64,000 bases of DNA from Candidatus Caldarchaeum sp. (GTDB lineage: Archaea > Thermoproteota > Nitrososphaeria_A > Caldarchaeales > Caldarchaeaceae): NCBI GenBank assembly GCA_038885755.1, contig JAVZZH010000002.1:1-64000 (forward strand), written 5' to 3'. Below are positions 18,985 through 28,407 of this stretch, one piece after another. Numbering within the stretch: the stretch's first letter is position 1; the number at the start of each line of letters is the position of its first letter. Under the pieces are notes generated by a model that was given only the letters and a program-made list of their open reading frames with translations, ran no database searches and was not told where the DNA came from. A program made the position numbers and the translations under genes.

Positions 18985-20075
18985 GCCAGTACGTGGCGGG
19001 GCTGGAGGGAGTACCTGCGGTAGAGTCTACGATAAGCACCATAGACGTCGAGAACAGGCGCATAATAATCAGGGGGAAGAGCCTTGAGAAGCTGGCGCGT
19101 GAGAACAGCTTCGAGGAGGTAGCCTACCTTCTTCTCTACGGCAAGATGCCCGACGGCGACGAAGTCAGGATGTTCAGGGAGGAGCTGGCGTCCAACAGGA
19201 CTATCCCGGAGCAAGTGGTCGAAGCCTTGAAGACCCTTCCCTCGAGCACCCATCCCATGGACGCCTTGAGGACAGGCGTCTCGACGCTAGCTCCGTACGA
19301 CCCTGAGCTCGACGACACTGCCGTGGAGGCGAACAGGAGGAAGGCCGTGAGGCTAATCGCCAAGACGGGGGTTTTGACCGGAAACCTCGACAACCTGCTG
19401 TACAGAAGAACGTGGAACCAGCCTTTCAAGGAGCTCAACCACTCGGATAACATCCTCACACTCATCAAGGGCAAACCTGTCGAGGAATGGGCTGCAAAAA
19501 CGTTTGAAACACTCTTCATACTCTACGTAGAGCATGAGCTCGCGGCGTCAACTTTCACGGCACGCGTCATCGCCTCAACGCTGTCAGACATGTACGGTGC
19601 TTTTGTCGGCGCCATAGCGGCTCTGAAAGGGCCTCTGCATGGAGGTGCGAACGAGAAGGCTGTCGAGGTTTTCGAGCAAGACGTGGCGGGGGCTGAAAGG
19701 CTGGTCAGGGAGAAGCTGGCTAGGAAGGAGAGGGTGATGGGGTTCGGGCACAGGGTTTACAGGCGTGGGATAGACCCTCGAGCCGAAGTCGCCAAGCAGC
19801 TGCTCGAGGAAGCCTGCAGGATTGTCGGCGACGACAGGCTTTACCGTGTGGGCGACCATGTCGAGAGGCTGATGGAGAAGGAGAAGAACCTCTACCCCAA
19901 CCTAGACTTCTACGCCGCCGCCCTTTACAGGCTCATGGAGATACCGCCACGCCTATACACGCCCATATTCGTCGCCTCGAGGACGGCTGGATGGGCTGCC
20001 CACGTGGTTGAGCAGCAGGCCGACAACAGGCTGTTCAGGCCTAGGGCGGTATACAAAGGCCCGGTCGAGGACTAG
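18981..20075 (+). CDS. prpC: 2-methylcitrate/citrate synthase
   Basis: GLEGV, EHELAASTFTAR, GPLHGGANE, MGFGHRVY and YPNLDFY; coupled to prpD by an ATGA overlap. Confidence 0.88.
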   Translation: MSQYVAGLEGVPAVESTISTIDVENRRIIIRGKSLEKLARENSFEEVAYLLLYGKMPDGDEVRMFREELASNRTIPEQVVEALKTLPSSTHPMDALRTGVSTLAPYDPELDDTAVEANRRKAVRLIAKTGVLTGNLDNLLYRRTWNQPFKELNHSDNILTLIKGKPVEEWAAKTFETLFILYVEHELAASTFTARVIASTLSDMYGAFVGAIAALKGPLHGGANEKAVEVFEQDVAGAERLVREKLARKERVMGFGHRVYRRGIDPRAEVAKQLLEEACRIVGDDRLYRVGDHVERLMEKEKNLYPNLDFYAAALYRLMEIPPRLYTPIFVASRTAGWAAHVVEQQADNRLFRPRAVYKGPVED

Positions 20076-21226
20076 TCTGGCCAGCTCTCCCACATTCTCT
20101 CGGCCAGCTTACCGTAGCGTGTGAAGAGATGAATCTTGTCCGCAGCCCTCTCCCTCGACTCTCCAAACTTCTCCAGAAAACGTTGAACCTTCTCGATCAA
20201 GATTTCCTTAAGCTCGCCCGTCAAAAGCTTGCCTGAGACATAGTCGTTTCTTATCTGCTCGACCCGCCGGTCATCCTCCTCGAAGAAGTAGTAAAGCCAC
20301 TGGAACGCAACGTCCACGTCGGGGTTGCCTCCCAGCTTTCTGTGCAGCTCGACGGTCGGCTGGCCTCCAGAGTACGCCTGCCAGATCTTCCTCCTCACGT
20401 CCTTAGGGTTGTCCGTGAGGAAAACAGCGGACTCGGGCTGGGAGGCGCTCATCTTACCCGACGGACCTGTCAAAGGCATCAGGAAACGGCTGTGAATGGC
20501 GGCGGACTTGTAGAAACCAAGCCCCTCCGCTATGTCTCTCTGTATCCTCCAGTATGGGTCTTGGTCTATCGCCGCAGGTATCAGGCATCTCTTACGCTCG
20601 AACAGCGTCGGCACTATCTGGACAGCTGGGAAGAAAGCCATACCTATGTTGGTCTGGTCGTTGAACCCGAACACCGCTCGAACCCAGCTGAAGTTTATCT
20701 TCCTAGCGACTTTGAGGACCAGCCTATACATCCTGCCCATGAACTCCGTGTTCCTGAAGATGAACGTGCGGTCGGGGTCGAACCCCACAGCCGCTATGTT
20801 GAGCATGTTGTCGTTAGACCAGTAAGCCGTGTCCTCCAGCGATAGCCCCCGGCTCTCCTCGAGAAACTTCTCATCATCCGTCAGCTGGATGTAAAGGTTT
20901 ACTCCGAACCGTTCCTGAAGCCACTTCGTAAAGTAGAACGGAATGATGTGCCCGATGTGCATCGGCCCGCTCGGGCCCCTGCCTGTGTAGAGGAAGAAGC
21001 CTCTGCCGGCCTCGTGGTCGTCGAGGACAAGGTCCACGTCCCTATGGGAGAAGAAGACACGGCGCCTCAGCATGTGGTTGTCTCCACCAGCCGCCTTCAC
21101 AATCCTGTCCATCAGCTTGTCCGAGATGAGCTGAGTTCCGAACTCTTGGACCAGCCTCTCGTAGTTGACAGCGCCCTCGACATCCCAAGGCGTGACTCGA
21201 AAACCTTCGGACTCGCCCATGCTCAC
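20072..21226 (-). CDS. trpS: Tryptophanyl-tRNA synthetase (archaeal/eukaryotic type)
   Basis: VTPWDV, YTGRGPSGPMHIGH, AIDQDPY and KMSAS. Confidence 0.96.
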   Translation of the reverse strand: MSMGESEGFRVTPWDVEGAVNYERLVQEFGTQLISDKLMDRIVKAAGGDNHMLRRRVFFSHRDVDLVLDDHEAGRGFFLYTGRGPSGPMHIGHIIPFYFTKWLQERFGVNLYIQLTDDEKFLEESRGLSLEDTAYWSNDNMLNIAAVGFDPDRTFIFRNTEFMGRMYRLVLKVARKINFSWVRAVFGFNDQTNIGMAFFPAVQIVPTLFERKRCLIPAAIDQDPYWRIQRDIAEGLGFYKSAAIHSRFLMPLTGPSGKMSASQPESAVFLTDNPKDVRRKIWQAYSGGQPTVELHRKLGGNPDVDVAFQWLYYFFEEDDRRVEQIRNDYVSGKLLTGELKEILIEKVQRFLEKFGESRERAADKIHLFTRYGKLAERMWESWPD

Positions 21227-21396
21227 CCACCCACCGCGACCGCAAAACCTTTGAACAGCATAGGCCTAGGAGTCAGAGCGGCGCCAAAGACATCCACCCG
21301 TCGAGTCCCCGGTCATGCTGCAACTCCTGCCGAAGGAAGGATAAAAACATGACGGAGGCCATAAAAACAAGCAGAATATATTGAAGATGATGGTTT

Positions 21397-21828
21397 GTGA
21401 GTTCGGCGGTTGCTTCCAAGAGGTTTAGCGACGAGTTCGCCCTCATGCTGGATAGGACGGTAAAAGTTGTCTCCTCCACAGGCGTTTACACGGGCCGTGT
21501 TCTAGCCTACAACCCAAGCGACTACAGCCTATGGATGGCTGACGTGAAAGACGACGCGGGAAACACCTACACCAAGCTGTTCATAGCCGGCCGCAGCATC
21601 TCCCGCATCGAGGTTCTGGAAGCCGGCCCCGACATGTCAGCTCTGGCAGAAAGGCTCAACCGCCTGTTCCCCAACCTAGTTGTCTACCACAGAGAATCCG
21701 ACACGATAGTCGTGATGGACCGGGTGAGGGTGTCGAGGGAGGGGGTCTTCGGCGAAGGACCTGCGGCGGAGAGGGTGAAGAGAGTCTACGACGAGTTCAT
21801 GAAGGAGTACAGGGCGAGGCCTTCCTAA
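21397..21828 (+). CDS. Lsm family RNA-binding protein with C-terminal domain (SmAP3-like)
   Basis: Sm fold (YTGRVLAYN..LFIAGRSISRI) plus LAERLNRLFP...VMDRVRV...GPAAERVKRVYDEF. Confidence 0.8.
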   Translation: MSSAVASKRFSDEFALMLDRTVKVVSSTGVYTGRVLAYNPSDYSLWMADVKDDAGNTYTKLFIAGRSISRIEVLEAGPDMSALAERLNRLFPNLVVYHRESDTIVVMDRVRVSREGVFGEGPAAERVKRVYDEFMKEYRARPS

Positions 21829-21887
21829 ACCATTCCTTATTTTATTACTGGGCTGGATAATGTTTTTATAGCGATTGTTTAGACGGC

Positions 21888-23519
21888 GTGTTAGCCTTCT
21901 CTAAGGTGGTTCTTTTGGCAAAGTGGCGCACTCTCGTACACAACGGGGTTGCACTCCCACCTCCCTACCAGCCTAAAGGACTTTCGATAAAGATTAGGGG
22001 GGAGGAGGTCAGGCTGGACCCGCTTCAGGAGGAGATGGCTTACGCTTGGGGCTTGAAGAAGGACACGCCCTACGTCAAGGACCCGGTCTTCAGCAGGAAC
22101 TTCCTCAACGACTTTCTCAAGACGTTCAACGGCCGCTACTCAGACGTCTCGCTGGAGGAGGTTGACTTCAGCGAGGTTTTTGAATACGTCGAGAGGGAGC
22201 GGAGGCTCAAGCAGGACCCCGACTACAGGAAAAAGCTGTCGGCTGAGCGTAAAAAGCTCAGGGAGGAGCTCAAGGCTCGCTACGGATGGGCTGAGATGGA
22301 TGGGAAGAGGTTTGAAGTCGCTAACTGGATGGTCGAGCCTCCGGGCATCTTCATGGGACGTGGGGCCCACCCTCTAAGGGGTAGGTGGAAGCCTAGAATC
22401 TACGAGCGGGACATAACGCTCAACCTCGGCGAGGACGCGCCCATACCTCCCGGAGACTGGGGTCAGATAGTCCACGACCATGATTCGATGTGGTTGGCTA
22501 GGTGGAACGACAAGCTCACCGGGAAGGAGAAGTACGTCTGGCTGAGCGATACAGCCGACATCAAGCAGAAAAGGGACAAGAGTAAGTACGACAAGGCCTT
22601 GCTGCTCGAGAGTCATATAGATACGGTGCGCGGGAAGATTATGGATGGGTTGAAGTCGAGCGACCCGAAGCAGCGTGAGGTGGCGCTGGCGTGCTATTTG
22701 ATTGACAGGCTGGCCATGAGGGTGGGCGACGAGAAAGACCCCGACGAGGCTGACACCGTGGGAGCGACGACGCTACGGGTGGAGCACGTCAAGCTGTCGA
22801 GGCACGTCGTCGAGTTCGACTTTCTGGGCAAAGACAGCGTCAGGTGGCAGAAGCAGCTAGACCTGCGGAAAGAGCCTCCGGAAGTATATATAGTCTTCAG
22901 AGAGCTTCTCAACGGCAAGAAGGAGGGCGAGCAGATCTTCCAGAGCATCAACAGCAGGCACGTCAACAGGTTTCTCGGAAAAATCGCTAAAGGCCTTACG
23001 GCGAAAGTCTTCAGGACATACATAGCGACGAAGGTCGTCAAGGATTTTCTGTCTTCTGTCCCACGTGAAGAGGTCACCTCCGCCGACAAAGCGGTCTACT
23101 ACGCCAAGCTGGCCAACTTGAGGGCGGCCGAAGCCCTAAATCACAAGAGAGCTCCGCCGAAGAACTGGGAGTCCTCCATCATGAAGAAGGAGGAGAGGGT
23201 CAGGAGGCTGATGGAGCAGCTGAAACAGGCTCAGACGGAGAAGAAACGAGCCCGTCTCGCCTCCAGCCTCGAGAAGGCCAGGCTGGCTCTGGATTTGGCC
23301 GTCAAGGTGAAGGACTACAACCTCACTACCTCTCTCCGAAACTACATAGACCCTAGGGTGTTCAAGGCGTGGGGTAGGACGGTAGGCCTCGACTGGAGGA
23401 AGATTTACACGGCTTCGTTGCTGAGGAAGTTCCGCTGGGTTGAGAAAGCGGGGGTTAAGAGGTTCGCTGAATTTTTCGCCGGGGCTAGGGCGGTGCTTGC
23501 CGTGGACCGTGTGGACTGA
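21888..23519 (+). CDS. top1: Eukaryote-like DNA topoisomerase IB
   Basis: KWRTLVHNGV and VEPPGIFMGRGAHPLRG; catalytic R (MRVGDEK), K (FLGKDS), R (KVFRTY), H (LNHKR) and Y (RNYIDPR); true start possibly TTG 21915. Confidence 0.96.
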   Translation: MLAFSKVVLLAKWRTLVHNGVALPPPYQPKGLSIKIRGEEVRLDPLQEEMAYAWGLKKDTPYVKDPVFSRNFLNDFLKTFNGRYSDVSLEEVDFSEVFEYVERERRLKQDPDYRKKLSAERKKLREELKARYGWAEMDGKRFEVANWMVEPPGIFMGRGAHPLRGRWKPRIYERDITLNLGEDAPIPPGDWGQIVHDHDSMWLARWNDKLTGKEKYVWLSDTADIKQKRDKSKYDKALLLESHIDTVRGKIMDGLKSSDPKQREVALACYLIDRLAMRVGDEKDPDEADTVGATTLRVEHVKLSRHVVEFDFLGKDSVRWQKQLDLRKEPPEVYIVFRELLNGKKEGEQIFQSINSRHVNRFLGKIAKGLTAKVFRTYIATKVVKDFLSSVPREEVTSADKAVYYAKLANLRAAEALNHKRAPPKNWESSIMKKEERVRRLMEQLKQAQTEKKRARLASSLEKARLALDLAVKVKDYNLTTSLRNYIDPRVFKAWGRTVGLDWRKIYTASLLRKFRWVEKAGVKRFAEFFAGARAVLAVDRVD

Positions 23520-23532
23520 TAGATACTTTTGT

Positions 23533-23552
23533 ATACTTCACGGTTGAAGTAT
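23533..23552. promoter_or_regulatory. Perfect 8-bp inverted repeat upstream of the sulfur operon (putative operator)
   Basis: ATACTTCA-CGGT-TGAAGTAT; the TATA-like TTATATA at 23571-23577 is bracketed by CATA-N7-TATG (23565-23579). Confidence 0.55.
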
Positions 23553-23610
23553 TTTCGGTATTTACATAAATTATATATGAAAATTCGAATATACTAATGT
23601 TTGAAGAAAC

Positions 23611-24111
23611 ATGACCCAAGCAACACTCTCAACCCAAGCCAAGAAACCCGAGCAGACATCCAAGCTCTGCATAATCCTCTCGAAAGGAACTCTCGACATG
23701 GCCTATCCCGCCTTCATGCTCGCCAACGCAGCGGCCGTCATGGGCTACGAGGTCCACATCTTCTTCACATTCTGGGGAATGGACGTAATCAACAGAAAGA
23801 AGATAGACAGCCTCAAGATAGCTTCAGTCGGCAACCCCGGCCTCCCGATGCCCAACATCCTCGGAATACTCCCGGGCATGACCAGCATGGCGACGAGGAT
23901 GCTTAAGGGGAAGATGCTCAAGCAGAAGGTTCCGTCCATCAGAGAGCTGGTGAAAAACGCCAAGGACGCCGGCGTCAAGCTTCACGCATGCTCAACCACC
24001 ATGGACGTCATGGGCCTCAAGAAGGAGGACTTCATACCCGAGGTTGACGACGTGGTGGGGGCTGCGACGTTCATCCAGCTCAGCGACGGCGGCCAGGTAA
24101 TCTTCATCTAG
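23611..24111 (+). CDS. DsrE/DsrF-like (DsrE2) sulfur relay protein
   Basis: SKGTLDMAYP, FFTFWG, ACSTTMDVMG and VVGAATF. Confidence 0.9.
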   Translation: MTQATLSTQAKKPEQTSKLCIILSKGTLDMAYPAFMLANAAAVMGYEVHIFFTFWGMDVINRKKIDSLKIASVGNPGLPMPNILGILPGMTSMATRMLKGKMLKQKVPSIRELVKNAKDAGVKLHACSTTMDVMGLKKEDFIPEVDDVVGAATFIQLSDGGQVIFI

Positions 24112-24126
24112 GAGGTGGACGAGCAC

Positions 24127-24372
24127 ATGAGTCAGGCTAGCAGGCGTGTGATAGACTCGAGGGGGAGCTTCTGCCCAGGCCCGTTGACAGACCTCTTCAA
24201 AGCATACAAGGAGGCTAAGAACGGCGACGTCCTGGAGCTGCTGGCCACAGACCCAGCCGCCAAGTCCGACGTGCAGGCGTGGGCTAGGAAGACAGGCAAC
24301 GTCGTCGAGGAGATTGTGGAGGAGCAGGGCTACGTAAGGATCGTCGTCCGTGTGGTTGCGAAAAGTGGATGA
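24127..24372 (+). CDS. tusA: TusA/SirA family sulfur carrier
   Basis: IDSRGSFCPGP and ATDPAAKSDVQAWA. Confidence 0.92.
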   Translation: MSQASRRVIDSRGSFCPGPLTDLFKAYKEAKNGDVLELLATDPAAKSDVQAWARKTGNVVEEIVEEQGYVRIVVRVVAKSG

Positions 24373-24375
24373 GAG

Positions 24376-25554
24376 ATGACGAGCAAAATACTCGTCGTGG
24401 GCGGCGGCACCGGCGGAACTCTGACAGCTAACCTGCTGGCACGCCGGCTGAGGAACGAGATAAAGAACGGCCTTGTCTCACTGACTCTCGTAAGCGGCAG
24501 CGACCAGCATTTCTTCCAGCCCTCCAACCTAGACATAGCATTCAAGGGTGCAAAGCCTTCAACATACGTCAGAAACCAGCGAAGCCTACTCCGCAGCGAG
24601 ATAGCTTTTATCAACGAGCCGGCCCGGAAAATAGACCTCCACAACAGAAAGGTCGTGGCTGGGAGGGAAATCGACTACGACTACCTTGTGATAGCTACAG
24701 GCTCCGTGGCGGACCCATCCCTCACCCCGGGGTTGGCCGAAGGCTCGTACAACTTCCACACGACGCCGTCGGCCGCTGAAGAGCTGTGGAAAGCTCTCCA
24801 GAGGTTTGAGGGAGGCAGGGTTGTCGTCGCAATAGCCGGAGTGCCTCATAAATGCCCGCCAGCCCCGACAGAAGCCTTGTTCCTGCTGGACGACCACTTC
24901 AGAAAACGTGGGATGCGTGATAGGGTCGAGCTAACCTTCCTGACGCCCTACCCGCATGCATACCCCGCCAAGCCGATAGCCGAAGTTGTCGAGCCCCTGC
25001 TGGAGGAGAGAAACATCACCGTCTCCACCTTCTTCAACGTGGAGAGCGTCGACCCCGCCAAGAGAACCATAAACTCAGCCGAGGGCGAGGAGGTTAAGTA
25101 CGACATCCTGATATCCGTCCCACCCCACCGGGGAGCTGAAGTAGTTCTGTCGTCGGAAATAGGGGACAAGGACGGGTGGATACCTGCGGACAAGCACACG
25201 ATGCGTGTTAACGGGTTTGACGACGCCTACGCCTTAGGCGATGCCACCAACATCCCTATATCCAAGTCAGGCGTGGTGGCTCACCTGCAGTCAGGAGTAG
25301 TGGCCCACAACATAGCGAGCGAGATACTCGGGGTTGACGGCGAGCGGCGGTACAACGGAAGAATAAACTGCCCGCTCGAGGTCGGCGGAGGCAGGGCCCT
25401 GTTCGTTTCGGGGTCTTACACAAGGCAGCCTCAGCCCATGAAGCCCACCCGCCTCCGCTACTTGATGAAGAAAAGCTTCGCAAGACTCTACTGGCTGATG
25501 CTCAAGGGCACGCTCGAGCCCATCTTCGACATCTACCTCAGTGAAAAGTCATGA
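24376..25554 (+). CDS. sqr: Sulfide:quinone oxidoreductase-like FAD oxidoreductase
   Basis: GGGTGG, YDYLVIATGS, KCPPAPTE, GDATNIPISKSG and NC; C-terminal amphipathic helix. Confidence 0.82.
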   Translation: MTSKILVVGGGTGGTLTANLLARRLRNEIKNGLVSLTLVSGSDQHFFQPSNLDIAFKGAKPSTYVRNQRSLLRSEIAFINEPARKIDLHNRKVVAGREIDYDYLVIATGSVADPSLTPGLAEGSYNFHTTPSAAEELWKALQRFEGGRVVVAIAGVPHKCPPAPTEALFLLDDHFRKRGMRDRVELTFLTPYPHAYPAKPIAEVVEPLLEERNITVSTFFNVESVDPAKRTINSAEGEEVKYDILISVPPHRGAEVVLSSEIGDKDGWIPADKHTMRVNGFDDAYALGDATNIPISKSGVVAHLQSGVVAHNIASEILGVDGERRYNGRINCPLEVGGGRALFVSGSYTRQPQPMKPTRLRYLMKKSFARLYWLMLKGTLEPIFDIYLSEKS

Positions 25555-25868
25555 GCGTCAGCGAAACCCTCGCGTCCGAGAAGTTCTACGAGGCCTTAGC
25601 CGAGTTCTGCAAGGGGCAGGCTCATCCGAAACGGTTGATGATCCTCCACCTGCTGATGGAGGGGGAGAAGTCTGTCGGCGAGATTGTCGAAGCCCTCGGA
25701 GCCGGCCAGCCCACCGTCTCCCAGCACCTCGGCTACATGAAGCGGAGCGGGGTAGTCAAATCGAGGCGGGAAGGCAACATCGTATACTACAGTCTCGCGG
25801 ACAAACGGATAGCCGAGGCATGCAGCATCATATCACAAATCGTGAAAGAAAGAATAGCCAGTGAGTAA
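25551..25868 (+). CDS. ArsR/SmtB family regulator, BigR/SqrR-like (two Cys)
   Basis: EFCKGQAHPKRLMIL, SQHL, RREGNIVYYSL and EACSII. Confidence 0.88.
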   Translation: MSVSETLASEKFYEALAEFCKGQAHPKRLMILHLLMEGEKSVGEIVEALGAGQPTVSQHLGYMKRSGVVKSRREGNIVYYSLADKRIAEACSIISQIVKERIASE

Positions 25869-25961
25869 ACGTCCTGTATCCACGACGGCTTGGAGGCCGG
25901 CTCTCCCCTAGTTTCAAACGGGTGTGCGGGTGGGCTGTTGGTGGTCGACGACGCCTCGTGT

Positions 25962-26369
25962 CTAGTCCGTCGCCGGGCCCGCTGAGTAAAGCTCCTGAAG
26001 AATATCTCTCACGGAGACGACGCCTTCAAGCTTGTCATTCTCGTCAACCACAACGATGTGCCTTATCCTGTGCTTGCCCATGACTTGAGCAGCATCCTCA
26101 ATCGTCTTGTCCGACCGCAGCTTGATGATGTCGGTTCGTGTTATCTCCTTCACTTTTTTGTCGAGGTTCTTCTCCTCAGCCAAAGACCTTATGACGTCCC
26201 TCTCCGAAAACACCCCCACTATGTCGTTTCCCTCGACCACTACCAGAAACCCTATGTTCTGCTCAGCCATCAACTTGATTACGTCGTGAAGCGTCGCGTC
26301 GCCGGATACGGTTATGGGTCTCCTCCTAATCAGCTCTTTTATCTTCAACAGGCTAAATTGCAAGGACAC
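25962..26369 (-). CDS. CBS-pair protein
   Basis: IGFLVVV..VGVFSERD and IRHIVVVD..GVVSVRD. Confidence 0.92.
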   Translation of the reverse strand: MSLQFSLLKIKELIRRRPITVSGDATLHDVIKLMAEQNIGFLVVVEGNDIVGVFSERDVIRSLAEEKNLDKKVKEITRTDIIKLRSDKTIEDAAQVMGKHRIRHIVVVDENDKLEGVVSVRDILQELYSAGPATD

Positions 26370-26407
26370 GATATATAACAGTTGCGTCAGAATAATCTCT
26401 TATAGTT

Positions 26408-27820
26408 ATGAAAACAAGATTCAACGCGTTGACCACGGTCGGGCTGGTAGGCTTGGGCGTGATGGGGCAGAACCTAGCCAAGAACATCGCCTCCAAGGGT
26501 TATGAAGTCGTGGTCTACAACAGGTCGAGGGAGAAGACCGACAGCCTTGTCTCGTCGGTGAGGGAGATCAGGCCCTCGTACAGCCTCGGACAGCTGGCAG
26601 CCATGCTTGAGAGGCCCCGCCGCGTGATTCTGATGGTTGAGGCAGGCCGTGCGGTGGATGCCGTGCTGGACGAGCTCACGCCACACCTCGATAGCGGGGA
26701 CTTTGTCTACGACTGCGGAAACTCCCACTACGTTGACACCGAGAGGAGACAGGCCTCTCTAAGCCGTGTCGGCGTCGTGTTGCTGGGCGTCGGCATAAGC
26801 GGCGGCGAGGAGGGAGCGTTGAAGGGCCCTTCGGTCATGGTGGGAGGCGAACTGAAGGGCTTCGAGTCGACGGAGGCTTTGTGGAGGGCTGTGGCGGCGA
26901 AAGCCGACGGCGACCCGTGCGCTGGATACATGGGAAGGAAGGGAGCGGGCCATTTCGTAAAAATGGTTCACAACGGTATCGAGTACGCAGTTCTCCAGCT
27001 CATAGCCGAGACCTACGACATCCTCAAAACAGGGCTCGGAAAATCAAGCGACGAGATAAGCGCTGTGTTCGCAAACTGGCGGGAAACGGAGCTCTCATCC
27101 TACCTCGTCGAGATATCTGCGGAAGTTCTCTCATTCAGAGACCCTGAGACAAACAAGCCCTTGGTCGAGCTCGTCTTGGATAGGGCTGAGCAGAAGGGGA
27201 CGGGGAGATGGTGTGTGCAGGCTGCGGCTGAGCTGGGCGTCCCAACCCCCTCCATAGACGCAGCACTCTCCGCCAGGAACGTTTCAGCCCTCAAGCCTCT
27301 GAGAACATCGCTGTCGAAAGTCTACGGACCGGGACCGGCTGTGAGCAGAGCAAGCATCAACATGGTTGAGATGCTGAGGGATGCTTTCTGGTGCACCTTC
27401 CTGATCAGCTTCGTCCAAGGCCTCAGCTTGATACAGGCAGCTTCGCAGGCCTACGACTACGGCGTAAACATCGACGAGGTGTTGAGGGTCTGGAGGGCGG
27501 GGTGCATAATAAGAGCGTCGATGATCAGAGACCTCCGCACGGCTCTGGCTGAAGTCGGCGACGCACAGCAACTCCTCAGGGCTGGCTTCCTCGCATCCCA
27601 GCTGTCGGAGAAAGAGAAGAGCTGGAGGAACGTAATAACCTACGCCAAGGAAGCCGGCATACCGACTCCGGTTCTCGACGCATCCTACAACTACTTCCTC
27701 TCAATCAAAAGGGAGAGGCTGCCGGCCAACCTCATACAAGCCCTCCGAGACAGGTTCGGAAGCCACGGCTACGAACGCGTCGACAAGACGGGGAAGCATC
27801 ACTCCAGCTGGAAACCTTGA
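26408..27820 (+). CDS. gnd: 6-phosphogluconate dehydrogenase, decarboxylating (long bacterial type)
   Basis: GLGVMGQNLA, YNRS, SGGEEGA, HFVKMVHNGIEY, QKGTGRW and LPANLIQALRDRFGSH. Confidence 0.95.
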   Translation: MKTRFNALTTVGLVGLGVMGQNLAKNIASKGYEVVVYNRSREKTDSLVSSVREIRPSYSLGQLAAMLERPRRVILMVEAGRAVDAVLDELTPHLDSGDFVYDCGNSHYVDTERRQASLSRVGVVLLGVGISGGEEGALKGPSVMVGGELKGFESTEALWRAVAAKADGDPCAGYMGRKGAGHFVKMVHNGIEYAVLQLIAETYDILKTGLGKSSDEISAVFANWRETELSSYLVEISAEVLSFRDPETNKPLVELVLDRAEQKGTGRWCVQAAAELGVPTPSIDAALSARNVSALKPLRTSLSKVYGPGPAVSRASINMVEMLRDAFWCTFLISFVQGLSLIQAASQAYDYGVNIDEVLRVWRAGCIIRASMIRDLRTALAEVGDAQQLLRAGFLASQLSEKEKSWRNVITYAKEAGIPTPVLDASYNYFLSIKRERLPANLIQALRDRFGSHGYERVDKTGKHHSSWKP

Positions 27821-28407
27821 GACGTCAACCCTACATCATGTTTTGACGCTGTGGTCTCACCAGCATACCCTCGGAGAATACCTACCAAAACAGCGACAGT
27901 GGCAGTATGAGGCTTAAGCTACCAGAGACGGTGTGGCAGGCCTTAAACATACCAGACAAGGGAGAGAAGTTTAAGGGAAGATACGGCGTCGCGGCGGAGT
28001 TCAGGCACAGAATACCGTGCATGTATAAAACCTGTTCCACATAGAGGCTAGCGACGGGAAAGACAGCTCTATGGGTTGAGGATGGAATACCCCACTTCAG
28101 CCATAAGGAGGAGTAGAGGTCTTTCTTCATTCCCGGCGGCAGCTCCCCACGCTACAGGATGGGTTCTGCGGTAGATGCGGAGATACACCCGAAATGCAGC
28201 AGAACACTGAGAAAAAACCCGAGAAAGAAAAAGAGCAGGGATCAGCCACCTCAGCCAGACCCTAAATCCTCTAGATGTTTAACTATGGGCTAGTGGCTTC
28301 AAGCGTCTCGTAGAGTAGCTCACGCAGGTGGAGCACACACTTAACTTCTGGCTTGTGTTTATGATGGTGGGGCTGTTCAACGGCATGGCGGAGGGGGTTG
28401 GGAGACC

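Noticed and set aside
27821-28400. Possible transposase/TnpB remnant
   Set aside because: No recognisable RuvC, zinc-finger or DDE motifs and no terminal inverted repeats.
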